Positions 47,001 to 59,104 of a DNA stretch of 64,000 bases are shown in pieces (within the stretch, counting starts at the first letter, position 1; every line of letters begins with the position of its first letter). Where the stretch lies: contig NC_086107.1 in NCBI RefSeq assembly GCF_963921235.1, positions 112,904,001 through 112,968,000 on the forward strand. Direction: 5' to 3'. The position numbers and the translations under genes were made by a program. The notes beneath the pieces were generated by a model. That model ran no database searches. It was not told the DNA's origin and saw only the letters and a list, made by a program, of their open reading frames with translations. This DNA is from Mobula hypostoma (taxonomy: Eukaryota).

Positions 47001-47978
47001 TTTGAGATTTAACATAATTAGATTTCAATTGATTAGCCAGCAGCTTGCCAATTTTATCACTGTGAACATAAAAATCACTTCTTGTTTTCTTTAATTGGTT
47101 TACAATCGAGGACGAGAGTAGTAAACTGTGTTCCATTTGAAGTTCAGTTCTTTGTTTGTATAGCTCCTCAGAAGGAGCCATAACATATTTCTTATCAATT
47201 TCTTTAATCTTGTCCACAATTACCATCTCCTCCTGCTTCTGTTTCTTCCTCAAAGCAACGGAATACGAAATAATCTGACCCCGAATATAGGCTTTAAAAG
47301 TGTCCCAAAGAGTGTTAACCGAAATATCTTCTGTATGGTTAATTGTAAAAAAAAGCTCAATCTGTTCGTTCATAAAATTAACAAAGTCCGAGTCCTGAAG
47401 CAACAGCGAATTAAAACGCCATTGTCTATTGTTTGGTATATTGGCCATAATTTTAATAGAAAGCTTAAGTGGAGCATGATCCGAAATGGTTATAGAATCA
47501 TAATCACATTTAATCACTGAAGGAATGAGACGAGAATCAATGAAAAAATAATCAATTCTTGAATAGGAATGATGAACATGTGAAAAGAAGGAAAAATCTT
47601 TTTCCTGAGGATGCAGAAAACGCCAAATGTCCGTCGACCCAGAATCAGAAAGGAAAAAATTAATCAAATTTGCAGATTTATTAGGTAAAGTCCGTAAAGG
47701 AGCCGAACGGTCCAAAGCTGGAGATAAACAGGTATTAAGATCTCCGCCCCAAATCAATGAAAACTCGTTCAAATTCGGAAACTGATCAAACAATGATTTA
47801 TAAAATTCCGGACAATCCATATTAGGAGCATAAACATTAACCAAAACTACTTTTTTATTAAATAATAAACCACTAACCAATAAAAATCTACCATTCGGAT
47901 CAGAGATAATATCCTGTTGTATAAAAGTAACTGAGGAGTCTATAAAAATAGAGACGCCTCGAATCTTAGCATTGGAGT
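44026..47978 (-). mobile_element. L1-clade LINE, 5'-truncated, recent
   Basis: 16-bp TSD aaaatatactttattc at 44010-44025 and 47979-47994; AATAAA and A-rich tail at 44026-44053; intact ORF2 remainder. Confidence 0.93.
44389..47978 (-). CDS. L1 ORF2p (partial APE endonuclease, RT, CCHC finger), N-terminally truncated
   Basis: NVYAPN, GGDLN, SRIDY, SDHAP, KAPGPDG, YRPISLLN, DAEKAFD, GTRQGCPLSP, YADD, CDRC...HMFWSC. The frame stays open for 33 more codons beyond the TTG at 47880, up to the TSD, so there is no real start codon. Confidence 0.9.
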
Positions 47979-49374
47979 AAAATATACTTTATTCAAAAAA
48001 TATAATTATATACAATACACCATTCAATAACTTCCCTTCCTTTACATACGTTCCCATTATAGTCAGTACATATCCGTGCTTATGGCCACCTACGTGTTCA
48101 CCTTACCATATCATTGTTGAGGGGTATACTCCCCGCCCCCCGACCCCTCCCACTCCCGCGGGAGGAGAAACCTATACTGTGGTCCTTCCCCACCGGGCCC
48201 TTGCGGTGGCTGCACCGAGTTTCAGTGCGTCCCTCAGCACGTACTCCTGCAGCCGAGAATGTGCCAGTCGGCAGCATTCTCCCACGGACATCTCCATGTG
48301 CTGGTAGATCATCAAGTTTCGGGCCGACCAAAGAGCATCTTTCACCGAGTTGATGATCTGCCAGCAGCACCGGATGTTGGTCTCCGTGTGCGTCCCCGGG
48401 AACAGCCCGTAGATCAGAGAGTCCTCTGTTACGCAGTTGCTGGGGATGAAACGTGACACTAGCCCATCCATCCTCCTCCACACCCTCTTTGCGAACTGAC
48501 AGTGTGCGAAGAGGTGGGTCACAGACTCCTCCTCACTGCAGTCCTCCGGTGGGCAGTGGGGTGTGGAGACGACGTTCCGGGCGTACAGGAGGGCTCTGAC
48601 TCGGGAGAGGAGGGTAATGATTTAACCAGAGGATACGTGGAATGTAAATGAGCTTAGCTTAGCGACTGGGGCAAAGACCACCATCAGCAGCTCGTCTTTT
48701 AAGTTATCCCAGGTATAGCCAATCTTCTCCTTCCTCTCCCAGTGATGAGGTCTTTGGACCTTCTGTTGGCGTTTCTGTAGCTCTGGGTTTTTATGGGGTG
48801 GGTTTGCTAGCCCCCATGACCATCCCTCCTCCTTTCTCAGCCAGGCGTGCGACCATCCAAGTCAGAGTTAATGCAAGTGGGTTGTAGTTTTCAATCCCCA
48901 GGGGCCATTCTCACAGTGCGCGTATTCTGTGGCCCTTTTACCATATTTGTGTATGAAGGAAAAATTTCAAATCATCACAGGAAAGAAGTCTGTTACACAT
49001 TTTCTCTGGAATGTTCTGGAATTCCAAATTCCATTCACATCTATGATTTCAAACAACTGTGTGCACATTTGAATTGCAGGGGCACAGTGCTTAAAAACTG
49101 CTTAAATATTTACAAACACGAGAAAGCCTCCTGATGCTGTGGGTCCAGGGCAGCAACACACGCAAAGCTGGAGGAACTCGGCAGGTCAGGCGGTATCTGT
49201 GGAAAAGAGTAAACAGTCGACATTTTGGGGCTGAGACCCTTCTTCAGGACTGGTGGGGTGGGCGAAGGTGCCTGAATTAAAAGGTGGGGAGGAGAGGGGA
49301 AAGAGGCTGGCTGGAAAGTGAAAGGTGAAGCCAGGTGGGTGGGAAAGGTAAAGGGCTAGAGAAGAGGAATCTGT

Positions 49375-49885
49375 GCAGTTTTGATCACCTACCTACAGGA
49401 AAGGTGTAAATAAGGTTGAAAGAGCACAGAGCAAATTTACAAAGATGTTGCTGAGTTATAAGGAAAGATTGAACAGGTTAGGACTCTATTGCTTAGAACA
49501 TAGAAGATTGAGAGGAGATTTGATAGAGGTAAACAGAATTATGAGGGGTATAGATATGGTAAATGCAAGCAGACTTTTTTCCACTGAGGTTGGGTGGGTC
49601 TACAACCAGAGGTCATGGGTTAAGGGCAGAAGGTGAAAAGTTTAAGGGGAACACGAGAGGAAATTTCTTCACTCAGAGGGTCATCAGAGTGTGGAATGAG
49701 CTGCCAGCACAGGTGGTGCATGCAGGCTTGATTTCAATGTTTAAGAGAAGTTTGGAAAGTAAGGGGTATGGAGGGCTATGGTCCCAGTGCAGGTCGAAGG
49801 ACGTAGGTGGTTTAAATGGTTCAGTACAGACTAGATGGGCCAAAAGGCTTGCTTCTGTGCTGTGCTTTTCCATGGCTCTATGGCC
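49375..49885 (+). mobile_element. CR1 3' fragment preceded by a Penelope pLTR fragment (about 49120-49372)
   Basis: SYKERLNRLGL...RLRGDLIEV...FTQRVIRVWNELP. Confidence 0.75.
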
Positions 49886-51829
49886 AACATGATCCGAGGA
49901 CTGTGCCGAGCTGCCTGCAAGGATGGCCGCACGTCTGGCGCCAACGTCACACGCCCAGAACTCACTAAACCCTAACCTCAGGTCTTTGGTCTGTGGGAGG
50001 AAAGCAGAGCCCCCCCGAGGAAAACCAGGTGGTCACAGTCTCCTGAGTCGCGATCGGGGATCATTGGCGCTGTAAGGTGGTCGCCTTAATTGCTACGCTG
50101 CCGTGCTGCCCGCAGAGTGGAACAGCTGAAACCCTTCACAAAAACCGGTCTAATGATGGGACCTTGACGTCAACGGGATGGGTTCAAATGGGGATTGAGA
50201 GGTGGCGAGGATTTAGGGATGGAACTCCAGAACTTGGGGCCTTGGGAGCAGAAGGCACTGTTGTCAGTGGTAGAGTTAAAGAGATGAGTCAAGTGTGAAA
50301 GGTAAGAGACCAGAGAATTGATGAGCTGATCAAGTGACCACCATTATTGAGTGGAACGGGCCAGTGGCAGAGGATATCACAGTTCAAGCCTTGCCCCTGA
50401 CTGGCTCTCCTGTATAAACACCGCCAGCCACACAAGTGTAAGGACCTGAGCACAGACTATTGTTGTTTCGTTGATTGTTATGTTCCGTGCCGCCCTGCCG
50501 AGCACTGCGGGTATGTTCTGTTGGCGCCGGGCGGATGTGGCAACACTTGCAGGCTGCCCCGCAGCACACCCTCGGGTGTGTGGGTCGTTAACCCAAACGA
50601 CACATTTCACTGTACATTTCGATGTAGACGTGACAAGTAAACTTGAATCCTGAATCTTGGTGATGATTTGACCTTCTGCTACTATCCTGAACGGAGACCA
50701 CACCACCAGTTGAATTCAAAGTTTAAAGTAAATTTATTATCAAAGTACATATATATCACCATATACAACCCTAAGATTAATTTTCTTACAGGCATACTCA
50801 ATAAATCCATTCATAGAATAATAACCATAACAGAATCAATGAAAGATCACACCAACTTGGTGTCCAACCAGTAAGCAAAAGACAACAAAACTATGCAAAT
50901 ACAAAAAGAAAGAAATAATGATGATAAATAAATAAGCAATAAATATTGAGAACGTGAGATGTAGAGTCTTTGAAAGAGAGCCCATAGATTGTGGGGATGG
51001 TTCAGTGATGGGGCAAGTGAAATTGACTGAAGTTATCTCCTCTGGTTCAAGACCTGATAGTGAGGGGTAATAACTGTTCCTGAACCTGGTGGTGTGAGTC
51101 CTGAGGCTCCTGCACCTTCTTCCTGATGGCAGAAGTGAGAAGAGAGCATGTCCTGGGTGGTGGGGGTCCCTGATGATGGACGCTACTTTCCTGCGACAAC
51201 GCTCCATGTAGATGTGCTCAATGGTGGGGAATTCGATGGAACAGAGCTCAGTTTGAAACCAAAAGGTATGATATTCCGAATCCAATATTAATTTCTTGTG
51301 AACCCTCACTCTCCACTGTCTGTTAGACTGACACCCACCCGGCGAGGTGCCAAGGAAATGTTGGGCTATTCTGGTATGAAGGAGACATTGAACTGAGGTC
51401 TGCACATTGAGGTAAAAGATACCAGTTATTGTTTTGGAGAGGGTGAGGGATGGTCTTATAGAGTCGTAGAACTACAGCATAGTAGCGGACCCCTTTGGCC
51501 ATCTAGTCCATGCTAAAATATTATCCTACCTAGTTTCATCGACTTGCATCTGACTATAGCCCTCCATGCCCTTCCCGAGGCCTTCTCGGTACCATGGCCA
51601 ATATTTATGACCTGGTCACACACTATTGTGGAGGTGAAGGGGATCTCTCACTTAGCAACATTGGGAGCCCGCAGCGTGAAATTCCACAGCCACATTTCAC
51701 ATATTACATCAGGGACAAGAGGAGCCTAGGAAATGTTTTGAGATGTTCCAAGGCTGTGAAAGACATTACACAAATATAACTTTTCCCTTCCGTTCACAGT
51801 CCTGTAACTCGGGAAAGATGCAGACAAAC

Positions 51830-52330
51830 AGCCTGATGAATCATCAGTTCAGCATGAGATATGACTCATGAGGAAGTGAAAAAAAATCACTCGGAACAAT
51901 ATCATGGGCATACAGTAACACGAAGTCCAGCTTATCTGTGTAAGGAGAAGTATATTGTAGACCCAGTGCACCGCGTACCTCAGTGCAGTCAGAATAGTGG
52001 TGTGCAACAGAACGAGTCTGCCACAAGTAATTTCTTTCTTCAACCCCTCCCCTCCCAGTAGCCCCGTAATTCTCATTATCCCTGTCCGGCGGTGCTCACG
52101 TTATGCACACGCACAGCGTGGACACTTGTGCACGGTCCAGGACAGAGGCATTTTTTGACGCGTCCGCGTCCTGCTTGTCGTTGCCTCCATTTTCAGGAAG
52201 GGGAGCCGACTGATGGGGTGGGCCGTCTTAAGAAAGCTGCCTGTTTCTGGCCGCACCTGCTCTGTGCTGGCTCAGTGGAAGAGCTAGATTTGGGGTTGGG
52301 CGGGGGTGACTCCTGGAAAATGGTTAGTTA
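51830..52330 (-). promoter_or_regulatory. Candidate promoter / first non-coding exon of the tetraspanin gene
   Basis: Unique, locally CpG-enriched DNA upstream of the gene; GC box GGGCGG 52298-52303; YY1-like CCTCCATTTT near 52185; possible minus-strand donors at 52100|gtgagc and 51979|gtacgc; AP-1 TGACTCA 51862-51868 next to GGAAGTGAAA 51872-51881. Confidence 0.4.
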
Positions 52331-53946
52331 TTGATTGATTTTGTTGTGCAAATGCATTTCTGGACATTTGTGATTGTGAAGAAGGATGGGAAATGCCGTG
52401 TTTTGGATTTTGTGTAATTGTTCAGGCTCATGGTAACAACTGCCCCCACATTCCAAAGAATGGACCATATCCTTTCTCCTACAGTAAGGAGATCCTGACT
52501 TGGAAGGCAGATTTTGGTGTATGTGGGGAAGGGAGAGAGGCTGTGCTAAGCTGAGGAGTGTTACTTCAGACTAACGGTTTGGCAAAGCAGTCCTAAAAGT
52601 TTGATGGTATATATCTGTACTTGTTCTTTTGTATTTTTTGTTATTTTGCCATTTGTTTGCGCGGTAAATTTTTTTTTGCACTGTTTCTAATTATTTTTTC
52701 GCCTCTGGCACACAATAAGCATTTTCGCACTGAATGTGCTATTGCGGCCTGCCAACTGATCTTTAAAGCCCACCCCTCCCAAGGGCATGTGACTCTCATC
52801 AAAACCCAAGGTGTGACATGGTGGGTTAAGAACTTAGGAGACTGTCAGTTCAAATTCCGCCTTTAAATACTCCTCTTTGTTACTTTATGGACACACAATC
52901 AGTTTATGTACATGAGACCACGGTCTTATCGGGGAGAAAGCTGGGGAGTGGGGTCGAGGAGGGGGAAAAGGATCAGCCATGATTGAATGGTGGAGCAGAC
53001 TTGACAGGCAAGATGGCCTAATTCTGCTCCTATATCTTATGGTCTTGTAAGCTAATCCTATGTATTTATATTAATTCTATTTTTTATCCTGTGTCAGATC
53101 TGGAGTAACAATTATTTTGATCTCTTTTACGCCGGTGTACTGGAGAATGACAATAAGAAATCTTGAACCTTGCCCTGAGGAGAGATTGAATTGACTTGAC
53201 CAGGCTCACTGCAGTGGAGAATAATGGAGGTTGGCAGGCTGGAGAGTCCCAAACTAAGGGTCAAGGTCTTGTGGAAATGGGTTAGCCATTTTAAATTGAA
53301 TTAGAATCAGAATCAGGTTTATTATCATCGAAATACATTATGAAATTTGTTGTTTTGCAGCAGCAATATTTTTAAATGATTATAAATTATAATAAGTATA
53401 TTAAAATTAAATAAATAGTGAGGCAGAGTTCATGGATTCATGGACCATTCGGATATCTGATTCCAGAGAGGGAGAAATTGTTCCGGAAGTGCTGAGTGTC
53501 TCTCTTCAGGCTCCTGTACCTGCGCCCTGACGGTAACAATGAGACGAGGGCTCCTTATGAAATATAGCTCCTGGCATGCCTTCATCATGTTCACTCCAAT
53601 GTGCGGGGCCCAGGACTGATCCCCTGAGATGTTGACAGCCAGGACCTGGAAGTTGCTCAAGCTTTCCACTGCGGACCCCTCAGTGAAGTCTCTGAATTCC
53701 AAAGCCCAGAGGCTGAGTGTATCAGCCACCGAGTGCAGAGAAGACGCAGATTGTTGAATCTCTGGATTTTCGAGGACAGGGATCAGATTGGAAAGTAAAC
53801 CTGAGAAGCAGGATCAGTCATGATCTTATTAATTGGTGGATCAGACTCAAAAGACTGTATAGCTTACATAGTTCCTATTTTTATAACGTGCCTTCTTTAT
53901 TCGATTTAGTTTGTGAGAGCAAAGGCATTATGCAAGAACTGTATTC

Positions 53947-55200
53947 AGGGACCCTCCGCTGGTCAGGGTCAACCATGGATGTTATGTCCCATCTGTCTAC
54001 GTGACACGCAAGCCAGGGCAGCACGATACGGAGAGCAAGCTGTTGCCCGTGCAGCAGGCTCCTCTTCTGCATGCGGTTGATAAATCCAAAGGAACGGCAG
54101 GGACTGGTACAAGTCGTGTCGCAGGAGTGGCCAGTCAATGTTGAACTCAATGTAGGATTGCCTTAAGAACTCCAGCTCTGGCTTTTCCCTCGGGGTTCAC
54201 CCCCAAAGCCTTCCCCATGAGTGGGTATAGCCCCAAGGCAGTGGATATTTGAGATCAGAGTTTTCCTTCTCCTAGGTGAGCTGACAACTATGGCTGACAA
54301 GCCCCATTTGCTTGAAGCAACTGGTTTTAAGACGCCAGTAACCTGCCCTTGCTCCTTCTCCTCTCAGTAGAAATGGTTCTACCAGGCAATAGCTAAGCCA
54401 CACATGAAGGCCAGGAGACTTGGTTGTCAGAGGCTATTTGAGACACACGCCATTGGGAGCATTTAATAGGTACCCTAATTGGTGGGAGGAGAAGATGACG
54501 GCGCGACGGCATCTCGCAGCGGCCACTCCGGTGGTGATGTCTGTTATCTGTCAAGTAGGGTGCCGTGCACAATCCTGATTTGATGGAGACGGACGTGAGA
54601 GCACAGAGGAACATCTGGCGAAACTTCTGAAATGTCTGTTTCGCTGCTGCTGCTGCTGTGTGGTCCAGAATCTCCGGAGGGGAAGGCCCCGAGTCCTCGG
54701 CTTTGCTTGTTGCTCGGCGGCCGGGGGGGGGGGGTCGAAGTGCTCGGCAGAGGATGGTGCTCGGAGAGGCTGTGTCGGAGGGCTGGTCAGAGGCTCGAAG
54801 TTTTCGGATGGACTCAGAGTCCGCTGCGGTCGGGTGCTTCCAATGGTGCCGCATCGGCCAGTTTGCAGCGCTTGGAGGTTCATGGCAGGGAGAGTTTCTC
54901 CCTTCTGCCGCCTGCGTGAGATGATGAGGCTGTCGGGACTTTGAGACTTTTTTTTACCGTGCCCATGGTCTGCTCTTTATCAAATTATGGTATAGCTTTG
55001 CACTGTTGTAACTGTATGTTATAATTATGTGGTTTTGTCAGTTTTAGTCTTGGTTTGTCCTGTGTTTTTCTTGTGATATCATTCTGGAGGAACGTTGTAT
55101 CATTTTTTAATACATGCATTTCTAAATGACAATAAACGAGGACTGAGTGTCCTCATAATCTAATCTAATCTAATGGGTTTATCCCCATTACTACCCCAAT
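53947..55200 (-). mobile_element. Non-coding RTE-like dispersed repeat with the single-copy form of the 42-bp unit, interrupted at 54476-55173
   Basis: Reverse complement reads ...gggcaacagcttgctctccgtatcgtgctgccctggcttgcgtgtcacgtagacag..., matching the array unit and both array flanks. Confidence 0.7.
54484..55173 (+). mobile_element. Non-autonomous LINE-derived element (full-length-looking)
   Basis: Starts aagatgacggcg, CpG-rich body, AATAAA, (taatc)n tail; homologous to 21529-22040. Confidence 0.65.
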
Positions 55201-56529
55201 AATATGAAAACCTTAAGGAACCAGAAACTGTGTACAACAAATGTTAGGGCAGAGTTTGATACAGTATCTTCATCTTCTTCTTCGGCAGTTCCTCAGGATT
55301 GATGAGCATTGCATACTCATCATCTGGTCATCGTGATACTATTAAATGAGATTGCATTGGAGGGGTGCAGGGAGATTCATAAAACTGTTGCTAGAACAAG
55401 AAATCTGTAGCTATGAAGAAAGCTGCTGGTTTAAAAGCTAATTTTAATGGCAATTATACCCTGGGGATGTGTATGCTTATGACAATACACTTGAACTTGA
55501 CTTGTTTTCCTTAGTAGAGAGGAAGATTTATGAGGGGCATGAATAGTGTAAATAAGTACTTCAAGGGTCAAAAACTGGGAGAATAGATTTAAAGAAATTG
55601 CGGAAGGATTAGCAAGGAGATGTGGGAAAATATTTTTTAAAACTCTAAGGGTCACAGCGTAATACAGCACAGAAAGAGGCCTTCTGGCCCAACTTGTCAA
55701 TGCCTACCTGAGCTAATCGCATTTGCCTGCCTTTGGACAATATTGTCTAGACCTTTTCTTTTCAAAGTTTAAAGTACATTTATTATCAAAGTACATATAC
55801 AACTCTGAGATTCATTTTCTTCCGGACATACTCAATATATCTATGGACTAATAATCATAACAGAATCGATGAAAGACCGCACCAACTAAGGCGATCAACC
55901 AGAGTGCAGAAGACAACAAACTGCATATACAAAAAGCAAGGATGTAATGTTGACTTTATAAAGCACTAGCGAGGCCTCACTTGGAGTATTGTGAGCATGT
56001 GCTGACGTTGGAGAGGGTTGAAAGAAGGTTCACAAAAATGACTCCGGCGTTGAAAATCTTTGGACTGTGGGGGAAGCCAGCTCTCCAGGAGGAAACCCAC
56101 GTGGTCACAGGGAGAAAGTGCAAACTCCTTACAGGTTGTGGCAGGAATTGAAACCGGGTTGCTGGTCCTGTAAAGCATTGTGCTAACCACTACACTACAT
56201 ATCACTGCTGTTTACTATCCAAATACCGACGCATGAGGATTTCAAAACGTACAATTCAGAGTTGTCTGCTCTCGCAAATATCTAGCTTGCGCCAGCCTAG
56301 CCTGAGACATTTCTTGTGAAAACATCTTACTGCTCTCGGGCTGTAAAATATCATTTGCTGCTTCATTTGACAGTAAAGGTAATCATTATGTATGTTTTTA
56401 TTTGGGTGGGGTTTGAAGAGTTGAGGGGCAACACTGCAGACCACCTTGGACACGTGTACCACAGGTTCGCCACCCTTAAATCAACTTGTCATTGGAGGTT
56501 TGAGTGGGATGAGCTGCGTTACTTTTAAC

Positions 56530-57410
56530 TGCATCAGAATCAGGTTTAATATCACTGCCAGACAGCATGTTGTGAAATTTATTGTTTTGCAGCAGCAGTA
56601 TATTGTAATGCATAATAATAGAAAACTAGAAATTACAAAATAAATATTTTTACAGTATATATATATATATATATATATATAACTAAATAAGTAATGCACA
56701 AAGTGAGCAAATAAAAAGCTAAATAGTTCATGGGTTCATTGTCCATTCGGAAATCTGATGGCAGAGGGGAAGAAGCTGTTCCTGAAATGTTGAGTGTGTG
56801 TCTCCAGGCTCCTGTACCACCAACTTTATGGTAGCAATAAGAACAGAGCATGACCTGGGTAATGGGGTTCTTTAATGACGGATGTTGACTTTTCGAGGCA
56901 TCACCTTTTGAAGGTGTCCTCAGTGCTGGGGAAGCTACTGCCCGTGATGGTTTTGGCTGAGTTTGCAACTTTTTCTGCAGCTTTTTCCAATTTTGTGCAG
57001 TGGTTCCTCTATGCCAAATGGTTAGAATGTTCTCCATGGTACATGTATAGAAATTTGCACGTGTCTTTGGTGACACACTGAAACTCCTCAAACGCCTAAT
57101 GAAATATAGCTGCTGTCATGCCTTCCATGCAATTGCATCAGTATATTGGGCCCAGAATAGATCTTCGGAGACGGCCATGAACTTGAAACTGCTGATCCCT
57201 CAATGAGGACTGGTGTGTGTTCCCTTGACTTCCCCTTTACGAAGTCCACAATTGATTCCTTGGTCTTACTGAGGTTGAGTGCAAGGTTCTTGCTGTGACA
57301 CCACTCAAGCCAGCTGACCTATCTCACTCCTGTACGTCTCCTCATCACTATCCGAAATTCTGCCAATAGCTGTGTCATCAGCAAATTTATAGATGGTGTT
57401 TGAGCTGTCT
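56530..57410 (-). mobile_element. Degraded Rex1/Babar LINE, with a (TA)n microsatellite at about 56656-56681
   Basis: FADDT..., LRSF.VSPKT..NFY.CT.ENILT remnants; further Rex1 remnants at about 10325-11020, 16020-16640, 21390-22540 and 50720-51230. Confidence 0.7.
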
Positions 57411-58615
57411 CGTACCTATTGTGTATGCTTCATATCTGACATGGTAAACTGCAAGATAATAGCTGGGAAGTGCATTAGTCTCAATGATTTTTCTTTGGAG
57501 AGAATGGAGGTGATGGGCTGATTAGCCTCTACAATGATTCTGACATGGCATGCGTCCTGTTTCCTGTACATCTGTCCGAGATCCACAGATCACTCTGCTC
57601 AATCTTCGTAAAGGAATGCAGAATAAGGATTAATGCCAATAGATTTTCCTTTGTACATTCTGTCCTGGAGATAACGCTGTCTCTCAGTGAGAGGAGCAAT
57701 CAAGGAACAGACTAATGTCTCTTCCTCTATATTTTAACCTCTAAGTGGCAAGAGGGTCCAGCTGAGTCCGTTAACCTCAAAGAAGAGAATTGGTACGAAA
57801 TCTAAAAGTTAGTGGCTGGCAGAGTATAGAGTGAAAGACGAAGGGAGAGAAAGGAGCAATACAAACAGAATGGGGGGGTGGGGGGGAATTCCCTCTTTTC
57901 CCCATTATACTTCTGTCTCCCCCTCTCAATATTCCCTTTCCGTCATCCCTAGGGTAGGGGAGGAGTCCAAAACCAGGAGGCTCGGGTTTAGGGTGAGAGG
58001 GGTAAGATTTAGAATGGATCTGAGGGGCAACTCCTTCACAGAGAGAGTGGTGGGTGTACAGAACGGGCTGCCAGAGGAAGCGGTTGAGTACAATAGCATC
58101 ATTTAAGAAGCACTTGGACAGGTACGTGGAGCGGTGCCTGTCATTGCTTCCAGTTTAAGATGGTGTAGGGCAATTTCCTGCGACTACTTACCAGCGGCAA
58201 ACCACAAAACAGAAAGCTACTGAACACCTCGTTAATAACACTTTACTAACGCTAACCATGGAGGGGCGAGTGATGGCGGAGGCACAGGCAGAGGCAGGGT
58301 CGAAGCAGAGTCGTGATATCCCTGAGGAGAGTCCTGGTCTGAACTGGAGAGGTGCCAAATCTTGGCGGAGGGGTTGAGGCCTCAGAGCGGTCCGACAGCG
58401 AGGAACGAGCTGATGTTCGTACAAATTATGCGCCACGCCAGATTGAAAAGGTCAGGGTGTCGGGACCGGAGGGGAGGCGAGGATAGGTTCTGCCTGGTTC
58501 TGCTCACTAGTTACTCGGCACTGCGCTGAACTGAGGATGGGGCCTGCTCCAACTGCACTGATGCCCGACTTCGCATCTTTCATAAAACTCAGTCCAGAAG
58601 CTGTTTCAAGTCAAG

Positions 58616-59104
58616 CAAGAGGAATTCTGCAGATGCTGGAAATTCAAGCAACACACATCGAAGTTGCTGGTGAATGCATGAACATTGACTTCTCTAACTT
58701 CCGCTAATGCCCCACCTCCCCCTCGTACCCCATCTGTTATTTATTTATATGCACATATTCTTTCTCTCTCTCTCCTTTTTCTCCCTCTGTCCCTCTGACT
58801 ATACCCCTTGCCCATCCTCTGGGTTTCCCCCCCTCCCCCTTTTCCTTCTCCCTGGGCCTCCTGTCCCATGATCCTCTCATATCCCTTTTGCCAATCACCT
58901 GTCCAGCTCTTGGCTCCATCCCTCCCCCTCCTGTCTTCTCCTATCATTTTTGGATCTCCCCCTCCCCCTCCCACTTTCAAATCTCTTACTAGCTCTTCCT
59001 TCAGTTAGTCCTGACGAAGGGTCTCGGCCTGAAACGTCGACTGTACCTCTTCCTAGAGATGCTGCCTGGCCTGCTGCGTTCACCAGCAACTTTGATGTGT
59101 GTTG
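58616..59104 (+). mobile_element. Penelope-derived element with a short inverted pLTR piece at its left end
   Basis: 58648-58678 is the inverted copy of 59074-59104; body matches 11808-12300 in reverse; flanked by tcaagtcaag-type sequence on both sides. Confidence 0.75.
59007..59042 (+). ncRNA. Minimal hammerhead ribozyme motif
   Basis: AGUC-CUGACGA-AGG(GUCUCGG)CCU-GAAA-CGUC-GACU. Confidence 0.65.

Larger units (their letters stand above)
43997..48602 (-). mobile_element. Tx1-clade LINE 3' fragment, split by an L1 insertion
   Basis: CPPEDCSEEESVTHLFAHC (CCHC finger)...KDALWSARNL at 48172-48600; 16-bp TSD gggagaggagggtaat at 43981-43996 and 48603-48618. Confidence 0.85.

Noticed and set aside
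44389..47880. 1163-aa ORF as a host or domesticated gene
   Set aside because: It is bounded by TSDs and an A-rich tail, has no ATG or promoter, and is truncated in the endonuclease domain: a standard L1 insertion.
49008..49022. Three-pentamer heat-shock element gGAAtgTTCtgGAAt
   Set aside because: Only 9 fixed bases; roughly one match is expected by chance in 64 kb, and there is no other support.
54356..54420. Possible HDV-like ribozyme in an RTE-like 5' region (minus: ctcctg-gcc-ttcatgtgt-ggc...tagaa-ccat-ttcta-ctga-gaggag)
   Set aside because: P2-, P3- and P4-like pieces are suggestive, but the P3'-P1' junction has extra bases and P2' is mismatched. It cannot be supported without a descriptor search on the family consensus.
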